The notes below the pieces were generated by a model that saw nothing but the letters and a program-made list of their open reading frames with translations, ran no database searches and was not told where the DNA came from. The translations under genes and the position numbers were made by a program. Positions 17,230 through 27,121 of a stretch of 59,926 nt of DNA are shown here, in pieces (position 1 is the stretch's first letter; each line of letters starts with the position of its first letter). The stretch is taken from contig CAYJIC010000001.1 in NCBI GenBank assembly GCA_964370155.1, forward strand, positions 1 through 59,926, read 5' to 3'. Source of the DNA: an uncultured Oscillospiraceae bacterium. Its GTDB lineage: Bacteria; Bacillota; Clostridia; Oscillospirales; Ruminococcaceae.

Positions 17230-19569
17230 TTGAATAATCAGCACGATACTGAAAAAAACAATGAAGAAAAAAGAGCGAAGCGACCAATGTGGCTGCGCAG
17301 TATAGTGTTGGTGTTTGCGTTTGTAGTGGGTGCCACCATGCTTTTTTATGAGCTGTTTCAACTACAAGTAAGTGAAGCATCTGAGTGGGAGTCTCTGGCG
17401 GCAAGACAGCAACTTGCCAGTATAGAAATTCCGGCACAACGTGGAAACATATACGATGCCAATATGAAGTTGTTGGCACAAAGTGCTACAGTATGGACTG
17501 TTGAGACAAGTCCGGAAGCGTTAAATCAGAGTAATATTATGGATGAAGCAGGTGAATATACAGGTGAAGATCCGGCTATGGTAGCGGCAAGAGAGTTCGC
17601 CAGTATACTTGAGCTAGATGAAGAAGTGTTGTATGAGAGACTGTCAAACAAAGAAAGCATGTATTATAAAGTACAAGGTAAAGTGGAAAAAAACCAAGCC
17701 GATGCCATTCGTGAGGCGGTAGACGTATATAATCTCAGAGGCGTTTATTTGACCGAAGATACAAAACGTTATTACCCATATGAGCAAATGGCCTCTACCG
17801 TTTTAGGGTTTGTGGGAGATGACAACAACGGTCTTGAGGGTATTGAGAGTCAATATGAAGATGTGCTTTCGGGAATACCGGGTAGCATGACTATAGTGAG
17901 AGACAGCTGGGGTGGCGAGATTGCCACAGGAGAAGAAAGCACCGTATACCCTGCAGAAGATGGAAACAGTATTGTTTTGACGATGGATAGTGATATTCAG
18001 CAGATACTGGAAAAATATCTAAGTGATGCAGTGGAAACAAATAATGCTCAAAAGCGTGGGTTTGCCATTGCCATGGACGTGAACACAGGCGCTATTTTAG
18101 GTCTTGCTGTGTATCCAAGTTATGATCCAAACCAGCCGTATGATATACTGGACATAGACACCTTGGAAATGCTTGAGTCTATGACGGAAGGTAGCGAAGA
18201 ATATATCCAAGCCCAAGGCGAGGCGAGGACTCTACAATGGCGTAACAAAGCACTTGCCGATACGTATGAGCCCGGAAGTGTGTTTAAGGTTATCACGGCC
18301 GCTGCAGCGCTTGACTCAGGACTGTACACATTAGATAGCCCGTTTTCGTGTGGAGCGCAAACTCAGGTGGCTGACCATTGGATGAGTTGTGCGGGAGATC
18401 CGCCCACGGCGCACGGAGATATAAGTTTGAGTACAGCGCTGATAGAAAGTTGTAACGTGTCGTTTATCCAAATGGCGGCAGGAATGGGCGTTGATATATG
18501 GTACGATTATTTGACAGCCTTTGGCTTTACAGAGCCTACAGGAATAGATCTACCGGGCGAGCCCAGCTTGCAGGCTATTGAAAACTTGATTTATGAACAA
18601 GATGAAATGGGACCGGTAGAGCTTGCCAGTTGTTCTTTTGGCCAAAGTCATAAATACACAGCCGTGCAAATGATCACAGCGGTGTGTGCTGCAATAAATG
18701 GCGGAAATTTGATGCAACCTTATATTGTGGACAGAGAGCTGGACGCAGATGGTAATGTGGTAAAACAATATGAGCCCATCACAAAACGCCAGGTGATATC
18801 AGAAGAAACATCGGCATTAATAGCGCAGACATTGGAAGATTTGGTCACGGATTCTTCAAGTGGTAGCTGGGTGTATAAAGCCGGATACAGCATTGGCGGC
18901 AAAAGCGGCACATCCCAAAAACTGGACGTTATGGCAGAACTTCCCGAAGATGCACCACAAGTGTATGTTTCTTCTTTCTTAGGATTCGCGCCGGCGGATG
19001 ACCCACAAATTGCAGTGCTTATGGCGCTGGACGAGCCGGAAGACACTACAATGGGCAACTTCTTTGGTGGACGTTTGGTAGGCCCTTATGTACGTGATGT
19101 ATTGGTGGACAGCTTGCAGGTTATGGGTTACAGCGCAGTGTTTGACACCGATGCAGAACTGGCGCGCACTACTGTTCAGCTGCCGAAAGTCACAGAAAAA
19201 AGCGTGCAAGAAGCACAAAAACAACTAAACGACTTAGAACTTGACTATGAAGTAATAGGCGACGGAGACGTGGTTGTGGGCCAAAGTCCTGCAGCTTACA
19301 CAGAAATACCGTATGCCGGCAAAGTGGTGCTGTACACAGATGTGTCTATACCGCAAGAAATGGTGACAGTACCAACGTTTTCAGGCAGGACGCCGGCAGA
19401 TGCCATCGAGCTGGCCAAGAGTGTAGGTCTAAATGTGCTAACTACGGGTGCTCCGGACGATAATGAAGCTGCCAGAATCGGAACACAAAGCCTAGAGGCA
19501 GGCACGCAGGTGTTTAAAGGTAGCACAGTGACCCTGGAAGTGGAAGATAACACCCGAGTGGTAGAATAA
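17230..19569 (+). CDS. class B penicillin-binding protein (FtsI/PBP2B/SpoVD-like) with two PASTA domains
   Basis: SVFK (SxxK), SCN (SxN), KSGTS (KTG-like), plus two C-terminal PASTA-like repeats. Proposed TTG start at 17230, 8 nt after AGGAGG; the track start TTG 17185 has no SD. Confidence 0.92.
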   Translation: MNNQHDTEKNNEEKRAKRPMWLRSIVLVFAFVVGATMLFYELFQLQVSEASEWESLAARQQLASIEIPAQRGNIYDANMKLLAQSATVWTVETSPEALNQSNIMDEAGEYTGEDPAMVAAREFASILELDEEVLYERLSNKESMYYKVQGKVEKNQADAIREAVDVYNLRGVYLTEDTKRYYPYEQMASTVLGFVGDDNNGLEGIESQYEDVLSGIPGSMTIVRDSWGGEIATGEESTVYPAEDGNSIVLTMDSDIQQILEKYLSDAVETNNAQKRGFAIAMDVNTGAILGLAVYPSYDPNQPYDILDIDTLEMLESMTEGSEEYIQAQGEARTLQWRNKALADTYEPGSVFKVITAAAALDSGLYTLDSPFSCGAQTQVADHWMSCAGDPPTAHGDISLSTALIESCNVSFIQMAAGMGVDIWYDYLTAFGFTEPTGIDLPGEPSLQAIENLIYEQDEMGPVELASCSFGQSHKYTAVQMITAVCAAINGGNLMQPYIVDRELDADGNVVKQYEPITKRQVISEETSALIAQTLEDLVTDSSSGSWVYKAGYSIGGKSGTSQKLDVMAELPEDAPQVYVSSFLGFAPADDPQIAVLMALDEPEDTTMGNFFGGRLVGPYVRDVLVDSLQVMGYSAVFDTDAELARTTVQLPKVTEKSVQEAQKQLNDLELDYEVIGDGDVVVGQSPAAYTEIPYAGKVVLYTDVSIPQEMVTVPTFSGRTPADAIELAKSVGLNVLTTGAPDDNEAARIGTQSLEAGTQVFKGSTVTLEVEDNTRVVE

Positions 19570-19590
19570 CTGTAAAGGGAGGCACGGTAT

Positions 19591-21030
19591 ATGGAATATC
19601 AGCAGCTGTTGCACGGCGTAGAATATACCGGAAAACTCCCAAAAGGACAAGCAAGCACAGTGGCGCAAGATAGTCGAAAAGTAACTTACGGCGCAGTGTT
19701 CGTGTGCATAAAAGGCAAAAAAACAGACGGGCACGATTATGTGAGTACGGCTATAAAGGCGGGTGCAGGCCTTATAGTTACAGAACGTATGCTGCCGGGT
19801 GTTGAAAATCAAGTGGTGGTAAAAGATGCCCGTAGCGCATATGCGGTGATATGTCAGAACTATTTTGACAATCCTGCCAAAAAGTTGACACTCATTGGGA
19901 TAAGTGGCACAAACGGAAAAACCACAGTATCCGGCATGCTAAAACAAACGCTGGAAAACGCAGGTGTTAAATGTGGACTTATTGGCACAAACGGCAACGA
20001 AATTGCAGATGTGTTTATACCGGCGAAGTTTACCACGCCCGAAGCGTTTGACATGGCGGCACTACTTGATCGTATGGTGAAGGCGGGATGTACTCATGCA
20101 GTGATGGAGGCCTCCAGCCAAGCACTTGATCAAGGCAGACTTTCGGGTTTAAGGTTCGCGCTTGGGGTGTTTACAAACCTATCGCAAGATCATCTTGATT
20201 ATCACGGCACGATGGAAGAATATTACAAGGCAAAAAAAATATTGTTTTCACAAAGCGATAGAGGCGTTTTTAACACAGATGATGAAGCGGGACAAAAGTT
20301 GTTGAAAGAGTCGGTATGCACGACAAATTACAGCTATTCTGTCGCAAGACAAAATGCTGATTTCACAGCTGAAGATATTGCGTACAGTGCGAGTGGCGTG
20401 GATTTCGAATTTTGCAACAAAGAAAATAAAGCAAAAGCACATTTTGCTATACCGGGCAAATATTCGGTGTCAAATGCATTGGCGGTGCTTGGTGCGGCGG
20501 TGATATTAGGGCTTTCTGACGCCGTCGCTGTAGATGCTTTGAAAAAAGTGAAAGGTGTGGCAGGACGTAGCGAAGTGTTACACAGCACAGACTTTACCGT
20601 GATTCGTGATTTTGCCCATACAGCAGACGGACTTGAAAAGTTTTGTGGGGCGATGAAACCGTATGCAAATGGTAAGTTGGCGGTGCTTTTTGGATGTGCC
20701 GGAGACAGGGATCCAAAGAAGAGGTTTGATATGGGTGCGGCGGTAGCAAAATGGGCAGATGAAATTTTTATAACAGCGGATAACCCACGTAGTGAGCCAA
20801 TACAAAGTACCATGAAAGACGCGATAAAAGCCATTGAATCGTCAAAAAAAGTGTATTATGTAGAAGAGGACAGGAAAAAGGCTATCTTAATAGCGCTTGA
20901 CAGCTTGAATAAGGGTGATATGCTATTATTATGTGGTAAAGGTCATGAAGATTATCAAGCAATGAATGGCTACACAGTGTATTTTAATGAAAAGGAACTG
21001 GTAGAAGAATGGCTAAAGTGTCAAAAATAG
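19591..21030 (+). CDS. murE: UDP-N-acetylmuramoyl-L-alanyl-D-glutamate--2,6-diaminopimelate ligase
   Basis: GISGTNGKTT, DNPR motif (ADNPRSE). 479 aa. Confidence 0.95.
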   Translation: MEYQQLLHGVEYTGKLPKGQASTVAQDSRKVTYGAVFVCIKGKKTDGHDYVSTAIKAGAGLIVTERMLPGVENQVVVKDARSAYAVICQNYFDNPAKKLTLIGISGTNGKTTVSGMLKQTLENAGVKCGLIGTNGNEIADVFIPAKFTTPEAFDMAALLDRMVKAGCTHAVMEASSQALDQGRLSGLRFALGVFTNLSQDHLDYHGTMEEYYKAKKILFSQSDRGVFNTDDEAGQKLLKESVCTTNYSYSVARQNADFTAEDIAYSASGVDFEFCNKENKAKAHFAIPGKYSVSNALAVLGAAVILGLSDAVAVDALKKVKGVAGRSEVLHSTDFTVIRDFAHTADGLEKFCGAMKPYANGKLAVLFGCAGDRDPKKRFDMGAAVAKWADEIFITADNPRSEPIQSTMKDAIKAIESSKKVYYVEEDRKKAILIALDSLNKGDMLLLCGKGHEDYQAMNGYTVYFNEKELVEEWLKCQK

Positions 21031-22229
21031 AAAAAATATGCGAAGACAAGCAAAATAATCGATGGATAAAGATGTTGTCGCTTATGCTTGCGGTATGTTT
21101 TTTGGTGTGTATAATACCCAGCGAAGTATATGCTCGTGATCTTGAAGACATTCAAGCTGAAATCGACGCAAAAAAAGCAGAGATGGAAGCACTGGAAGCC
21201 GATATCTTGGCCAATCAGAATAACCGTGATGCTGCAGAGGTTGCCCTTGCGGAATATCAAATACAATTTGATGAACTAGCTATTTTGATAGAAGAAAAAG
21301 ATGATGTAATTGGTGTGACGCTTACAGAGCTGGATTTTAAAACCGAGCAACTTTTTGTCACTATGCAAAGTATTGAAGAAAATAAAAAGCAGTTTGAAGA
21401 ACGGCTGCGTGCTATTTATGACATGAACAGCACAAATGCTATGATATCAACACTGCTTTCGGTGAATTCTTTTGCAGAGTTTATCCAAGCAGCAGATGCA
21501 ATGCGCCGTATATCGGAAAACGATACCGCAACATTAGAACAATTAGCTTTACAGCAAGAAGAGCTAGAAGTTCAGAAAGTAGAGCTTGAAGCGTTGCTCT
21601 CGTCGTTGCAAGCAGAACTGGCCCAGCTACAAGTAGATAGGGACTGGAGCCGCCAAAAGATGGACGAGATGAATAGCTTGATCGCCTCGGCGAACAGTGA
21701 GATAGCACAAGGCCAAGACATGGTAGCTGCTACCGAAGAAGAGATTGATGCACTGATAACAGAATATGAGCGTATTTTTAAACAACTTCAGCAAAGTGGT
21801 AGCCAGGCAGGTGACGGCAGTGTACGCTATTCAGGTAGTCTTGTGTGGCCCACAGGCATAGCACCAAGCGTAAGTAGTTGGTATGGCGATCCACGCTCGG
21901 GCGGTACCAGAGGACACTACGGTATAGACATGCCCGGTCCTGAAGGCACACCTATTTTGGCGGCGGCGTCAGGTGTGGTTATAACTGCTGAATGGCACTA
22001 CAGTTATGGATATTATATAGTTGTGGACCATGGTCAAGGTTTCCGTACGTTATATGCACATAACAGCCAGCTATATGTTGGGGTGGGTATGTCGGTAACG
22101 GCAGGTGAAACTATTGCCGGTATGGGCAACACCGGAAATAGTTATGGCTCTCACTTGCACTTCGAGGTTCATGAGCACGGTGGCAGGCAAGATCCGGCAG
22201 GAGCAAATTATCTTGGTATTTTACTGTAA
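21009..22229 (+). CDS. M23 family metallopeptidase with N-terminal anchor and long coiled coil (EnvC/LytM-like)
   Basis: Signal/anchor MLSLMLAVCFLVCIIP, about 230 aa of coiled coil, HYGIDM (HxxxD) and GSHLHFEVH (HxH). Overlaps the murE end by 22 nt. An alternative start is ATG 21072. Confidence 0.88.
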   Translation: MAKVSKIEKICEDKQNNRWIKMLSLMLAVCFLVCIIPSEVYARDLEDIQAEIDAKKAEMEALEADILANQNNRDAAEVALAEYQIQFDELAILIEEKDDVIGVTLTELDFKTEQLFVTMQSIEENKKQFEERLRAIYDMNSTNAMISTLLSVNSFAEFIQAADAMRRISENDTATLEQLALQQEELEVQKVELEALLSSLQAELAQLQVDRDWSRQKMDEMNSLIASANSEIAQGQDMVAATEEEIDALITEYERIFKQLQQSGSQAGDGSVRYSGSLVWPTGIAPSVSSWYGDPRSGGTRGHYGIDMPGPEGTPILAAASGVVITAEWHYSYGYYIVVDHGQGFRTLYAHNSQLYVGVGMSVTAGETIAGMGNTGNSYGSHLHFEVHEHGGRQDPAGANYLGILL

Positions 22230-22281
22230 AATCCAAGCGAGTAAAAGATAAAAGCGAAATTACCGGCAAAAAGGGGAAATA

Positions 22282-23643
22282 ATGCGGGCGACATCAGCGA
22301 AAATATTGTTGCAAGGCCTTTGGAATGAGGCACCTGAAAAAATACAAATCACAGACGTGGTAACAGATAACAGGCATGTGAAACAAGGTAATGTGTTTGT
22401 GGCTATCAAAGGCGAGAGGACGGACGGACACCTCTTTGCCGAAGATGCTTTGAAAAAAGGTGCAGCATTAGTGGTGGCTCAGCATGCAATAGAAAACGTG
22501 CCTTCTCAAAAAATAGTTGTGGTAGATGATGTTTTAGATGCGATGATTCGTATGGGTAAAAATTATCGCAATATGTTCTCGCCGCTATTGCTTGCGGTGA
22601 CGGGTAGTGTGGGAAAAACTACCACAAAGGAATTTTGCGCAGCGATCTTTTCAGAGTTCGGCGAAACTGTTAAAACAGAGGGTAACCAAAACAATGAACT
22701 TGGTATGCCAAAAACATTATTTCGTGTTTCAAACAGCACACGGTATGCCGTGATAGAAATGGGTATGCAGGGGCTTGGAGAAATTCGTAAACTAACAATG
22801 GCGGCAAAGCCCACATGTGCAATAATCACAAAAATAGGCCAGATGCATTTAGAAACGCTCGGAAGTGTGGAAAATGTACTTAAAGCAAAGATGGAAATAA
22901 GCGAAGGACTATGTAAAGGCTCGCCACTTGTGCTAAATGCAGACGATGAAATGCTTTGGAAAGCACAAAAACCGAAAAATGTAAAAGTGGTAACGGCAGG
23001 GATTGCAAACAGTGAATGTGATGTTTTGGGTAAAAACATACAAAAGCATAAAGATGGATTGAAATTCACAATAGTAGATAAACAGTATGGAACGCACGAT
23101 GCATTTATTCCGACTATTGGCAAGCACAATGTACAAAATGCACTGCTTGCATATACAGCAGCCACACGTATGGGTCTGGGTTCTGTGCAGGTGGCAAGAT
23201 CGCTTGAACGATATGTGGCGGCGCAAAACCGTCAAAAAATCGAAATGGTGCATGGCGTTACCTTGATGGAAGATTTCTACAATGCAGGGCCGGACTCTAT
23301 GAAAGCTGCGATTGAAACTTTGGCAGAGATAGAGTGTGGTGGAAAACATATTGCAGTGCTTGGTGACATGTTAGAGCTTGGCGCAGTTAGGAAAGACGCA
23401 CATCGCAAGCTGGGTAAGTTTGCCGCAAAAAATGGAGTAAAAATTCTTATCACCGTTGGCGAACTGGCTTCGTTAATTGCTGAAGAAGCGAAAAAAAGCG
23501 GCGTGGAAGTGCATGTGTGCACTAATAATAAGAGAGCTGCCGAAAAACTGACACAAATAGCACAAAGTGGAGACGCTGTGCTGATAAAAGCCAGCAGAGG
23601 CATGAAGTTTGAAGAGATATTGGAAAAGTTTGTGAATGGCTAG
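22282..23643 (+). CDS. murF: UDP-N-acetylmuramoyl-tripeptide--D-alanyl-D-alanine ligase
   Basis: VTGSVGKTTTKE. 453 aa, Mur ligase layout. Confidence 0.94.
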   Translation: MRATSAKILLQGLWNEAPEKIQITDVVTDNRHVKQGNVFVAIKGERTDGHLFAEDALKKGAALVVAQHAIENVPSQKIVVVDDVLDAMIRMGKNYRNMFSPLLLAVTGSVGKTTTKEFCAAIFSEFGETVKTEGNQNNELGMPKTLFRVSNSTRYAVIEMGMQGLGEIRKLTMAAKPTCAIITKIGQMHLETLGSVENVLKAKMEISEGLCKGSPLVLNADDEMLWKAQKPKNVKVVTAGIANSECDVLGKNIQKHKDGLKFTIVDKQYGTHDAFIPTIGKHNVQNALLAYTAATRMGLGSVQVARSLERYVAAQNRQKIEMVHGVTLMEDFYNAGPDSMKAAIETLAEIECGGKHIAVLGDMLELGAVRKDAHRKLGKFAAKNGVKILITVGELASLIAEEAKKSGVEVHVCTNNKRAAEKLTQIAQSGDAVLIKASRGMKFEEILEKFVNG

Positions 23644-23666
23644 AATGTAGTAAAGGAGGAAAAAAC

Positions 23667-24686
23667 ATGGAGCGGATAGCTATATTGATAGCGGCAATAT
23701 CGGCTGCGGCGATAAGTGGTTTATCCGGTTTCTTGATAATTCCTTTTTTGCGCAAGCTTAAATTTGGCCAAACAATAAACGAGATAGGGCCGGCTTGGCA
23801 CAAAGACAAGCAAGGTACACCTACAATGGGTGGGATGTTGTTTGTTTTGGGAAGTGTAATAGGTGTGGTGCTGGCGTATCCTATTTTATTTTCGGCAGGA
23901 AATGATACAGATGAATGGCGAATGCTACTATTGTGTATTCCGATAGCACTGGGATATGGCGCGATAGGGTTCATAGATGATTTCCTAAAAGTAGTTAGAA
24001 AACAAAATTTAGGCCTTTCAAGCAAACAAAAGCTGATATTGCAAGCGCTGGTCAGTATTGCGTTTTTAGCAAGCCTATATATGATGGATAGACTGTCCAC
24101 CATAGTGAAAATCCCTTTTTTAGGCTCTGTAGATTTTGGTATTTTGTTTTATCCGCTAAGCTTGCTGCTTATGATGGGGCTTAACAATGCGGTTAATTTG
24201 ACAGATGGTGTGGACGGTTTGTGTACTTCTGTAAGCTTTTGGGTAATGGGTGGATTTTTATTGTTACTCAGCGCGTTTTCTGAGTGGTATTTGGCTACAT
24301 GGGCAGCTGCTTTGGTGGGTGGATGTGCTGGATTTTTGTTTTGGAATTTTCATCCGGCGAAAGTGTTCATGGGCGATACAGGAAGCTTGTTTTTGGGTGG
24401 TGCGGTGATCACTTTAGGCTTCGGCATGGGCAGGGTGGACATCTTAATAATATTGTCGGTTATATATTTTATAGAAGTGGGCAGTGTTATGTTACAACAA
24501 ACCTATTTCAAGCTAACAAGAAGGTTTTCTAAAGACCACGTAGGTAGACGGATTTTTAAGATGTCACCCATACATCATCACTTTGAAATGTGTGGCTGGA
24601 GCGAAGTGAAAATTTGTGCAGTGTTTAGTGTTGTGAGTATAGCTAGTGTGATAGTTACATATATGTATGCGGTAATATGGGCATAA
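23667..24686 (+). CDS. mraY: phospho-N-acetylmuramoyl-pentapeptide transferase
   Basis: KQGTPTMGG, NAVNLTDGVDGL, GDTGSLFLGG. Confidence 0.96.
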   Translation: MERIAILIAAISAAAISGLSGFLIIPFLRKLKFGQTINEIGPAWHKDKQGTPTMGGMLFVLGSVIGVVLAYPILFSAGNDTDEWRMLLLCIPIALGYGAIGFIDDFLKVVRKQNLGLSSKQKLILQALVSIAFLASLYMMDRLSTIVKIPFLGSVDFGILFYPLSLLLMMGLNNAVNLTDGVDGLCTSVSFWVMGGFLLLLSAFSEWYLATWAAALVGGCAGFLFWNFHPAKVFMGDTGSLFLGGAVITLGFGMGRVDILIILSVIYFIEVGSVMLQQTYFKLTRRFSKDHVGRRIFKMSPIHHHFEMCGWSEVKICAVFSVVSIASVIVTYMYAVIWA

Positions 24687-24713
24687 AACTACAAGAAAGG
24701 CGGTGCATGATAA

Positions 24714-25961
24714 ATGGCGAGGACTAATATGCAGATGGAACAAATGAAGCCGAGAAATACTAAGCCAAACACAAAATTGCGGTTTGGTGCAATGGATATA
24801 CCACTGCTAAGTATTGTGATAATATTACTGTTGTTTGGACTGGTGATGCTGTTTTCTGCCTCGTATCCGTCGGGATATCTACACAGGGGAGATAGCTTTA
24901 CGTTTATTAAAGATCAGATAAGTTATGCTGTCTTAGGCGTGGGAGCTATGCTTTTTGCTTCGCTGGTAGATTATCGCCTTTTGAAAAAGTTTGCGTGGCC
25001 ACTAATGATATTTGCAATTGCGTTATTGGTAATAGTATTATTCATGGAAGAAAAAAATAATGCCAGCAGATGGATATGGCTTAATTCCAGCAAAACACAA
25101 GGGTTTCAGCCCAGTGAAATTAGTAAGTTTGCGATTATTTTAGCGTTTTCCAGTATTATTGCGGCCAACCAAAAGCGTATTAAAACATTTAAGTATGGAT
25201 TTTTGCCGTTCATGATTTTGCTTGGTATAACATCTATTTTACTTATTGCCGAGCCGCACTTGTCTTGTACTATTTTGATAATAGGTATAGGTGTATCCAT
25301 GATGTTTGCCGGTGGTACATCTATAAAATATTTCTTGCTTGCGGGTGGCATTGCTATTTTGGCGGTGTATTTAGCACTTACACAGTTTCCAGAGCAATTA
25401 GGGTATGCTATGGATCGCATACAAACGTGGCAAAATCCGTTTGAGGCTGACCCTTCGGACTCGTACCAAACAATTCAAAGTCTTATTGCTATTGGTAGTG
25501 GCGGAATAAACGGCGTGGGTATAGGCAAGAGCGTACAGAAATTCTTATACTTGCCGGAAGTGTATAACGATTATATATTTGCTATTGTTTGCGAAGAATT
25601 GGGCATGATAGGTGCGATGGTAGTAATTATTCTATTCTTATTACTTTTGGGCAGATGTGTGTATATCGCCATGAAGGCAAAAGATAAATTTGCTTCTATG
25701 CTAGTGATAGGTGTAGCAGTTCAGGTTACTCTTCAAGCGCTTTTGCATATCGCAGTGAATTTGAACGCTATACCGGCTACGGGCATATCTCTTCCGTTCT
25801 TTTCTTATGGCGGAACTTCACTTGTTATGATTTTAGGTCAAATGGGTGTTGTGATGTCGGTAGCTCGCAGGGTAAACCTGGAAAGCCGAAAACAAGCACA
25901 AATGGAGGCGGAAGCAGAAGCTGAAAAACAAGAACAAACTCCGATATGGGAGGCTGTTTGA
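24714..25961 (+). CDS. ftsW: SEDS family peptidoglycan polymerase FtsW/SpoVE
   Basis: 415 aa polytopic protein. QPSE, PEVYNDYIFAIVCEELG, LPFFSYGGTS. Confidence 0.92.
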   Translation: MARTNMQMEQMKPRNTKPNTKLRFGAMDIPLLSIVIILLLFGLVMLFSASYPSGYLHRGDSFTFIKDQISYAVLGVGAMLFASLVDYRLLKKFAWPLMIFAIALLVIVLFMEEKNNASRWIWLNSSKTQGFQPSEISKFAIILAFSSIIAANQKRIKTFKYGFLPFMILLGITSILLIAEPHLSCTILIIGIGVSMMFAGGTSIKYFLLAGGIAILAVYLALTQFPEQLGYAMDRIQTWQNPFEADPSDSYQTIQSLIAIGSGGINGVGIGKSVQKFLYLPEVYNDYIFAIVCEELGMIGAMVVIILFLLLLGRCVYIAMKAKDKFASMLVIGVAVQVTLQALLHIAVNLNAIPATGISLPFFSYGGTSLVMILGQMGVVMSVARRVNLESRKQAQMEAEAEAEKQEQTPIWEAV

Positions 25962-27079
25962 TGAAAATATTGCTGGTGGCCGGTGGTACGGCCGGGCATG
26001 TAAATCCGGCGCTTGCTATCGCACAAGGCCTTAAGCAACGATATGAAAATGCCGAAATTCATTTTGCCGGAAGACGTCAAGGCATGGAATATAGGCTGGT
26101 TCAAAAGGCGGGATATCCATTTCATCATATAGAGGTGCAGGGAATCCAGCGTAGCATGAAGCCGAAAGCGTTAATAAGAAATATAAAAGCCGCGTGGAAG
26201 CTGACGTTTGCGTCGGCCGCTTCTGCGCGTATTTTAAAGCAAGTGAAACCGGATTTGGTCATAGGTACAGGCGGTTACGTAAGTGGTCCGTTGCTTCAAA
26301 AGGCAGCAAAGATGGGATACAAAACGGCCATACATGAACAAAACGCATATCCGGGAGTGGCAAATCGCATACTGGCAAAGTATGTGGATGTAGTTTTTGC
26401 TCCAACACAAAGCGCAAAAAAGCGCCTAGAGGCAGAAGATAAAACTGTGGTATGTGGAAACCCGGTGCGTGAAGAGTTTATGCACGTAAACAGAGATAAA
26501 GCCAGAGCACAGCTCAGCGCAGAGAACCGCATAGTGATTGTCAGTTATGGTGGAAGTCTTGGCGCAATGCGTTTGAATGAGGCGGTTGCATCCCTCGCAA
26601 AATGGCACTTAAAAAAAGGTGGGTTTTTACATATACATGCTACAGGCAGCATAGAAAAGGAAGATTTTGCTGTTTTGGCAGAGGAAAAAGGAATAAACGG
26701 TAAAGATGGTTTTGTGATAAAAGAATATATAGACAATCTTCCAGAGTTGCTTGCGGCGGCAGATTTAGTAATAAGTCGTGCTGGAGCCCTTACTTTGGCA
26801 GAACTGGCAATGGTGGGCAGGGCGTCTATTTTGATACCGTCGCCAAATGTGACAGCGAATCATCAATATCACAACGCCATGGAATTTGCAAATGCCAATG
26901 CGGCAAATGTGATAGAAGAAAAAGATTTGACGGACGAGGGCTTGATTGATACAGTAAATGTATTGACGAGCATAGAAAATAAACTTAAAAGTATGGGCGA
27001 GGCGGCGCATACTTTGGCTCAGCCGAAAGCTTTGGAAATAATTATAGATACATTGGAAGATTTGTGTGAAAATAAGTAA
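25961..27079 (+). CDS. murG: undecaprenyldiphospho-muramoylpentapeptide beta-N-acetylglucosaminyltransferase
   Basis: MKILLVAGGTAGHVNPALA. ATGA overlap with the ftsW stop, with GGGAGG 7 nt upstream. Confidence 0.95.
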   Translation: MKILLVAGGTAGHVNPALAIAQGLKQRYENAEIHFAGRRQGMEYRLVQKAGYPFHHIEVQGIQRSMKPKALIRNIKAAWKLTFASAASARILKQVKPDLVIGTGGYVSGPLLQKAAKMGYKTAIHEQNAYPGVANRILAKYVDVVFAPTQSAKKRLEAEDKTVVCGNPVREEFMHVNRDKARAQLSAENRIVIVSYGGSLGAMRLNEAVASLAKWHLKKGGFLHIHATGSIEKEDFAVLAEEKGINGKDGFVIKEYIDNLPELLAAADLVISRAGALTLAELAMVGRASILIPSPNVTANHQYHNAMEFANANAANVIEEKDLTDEGLIDTVNVLTSIENKLKSMGEAAHTLAQPKALEIIIDTLEDLCENK

Positions 27080-27121
27080 GTTACTTTGCGTATTTTGGAG
27101 AAATGGAGGTGTTTTGCAAAA

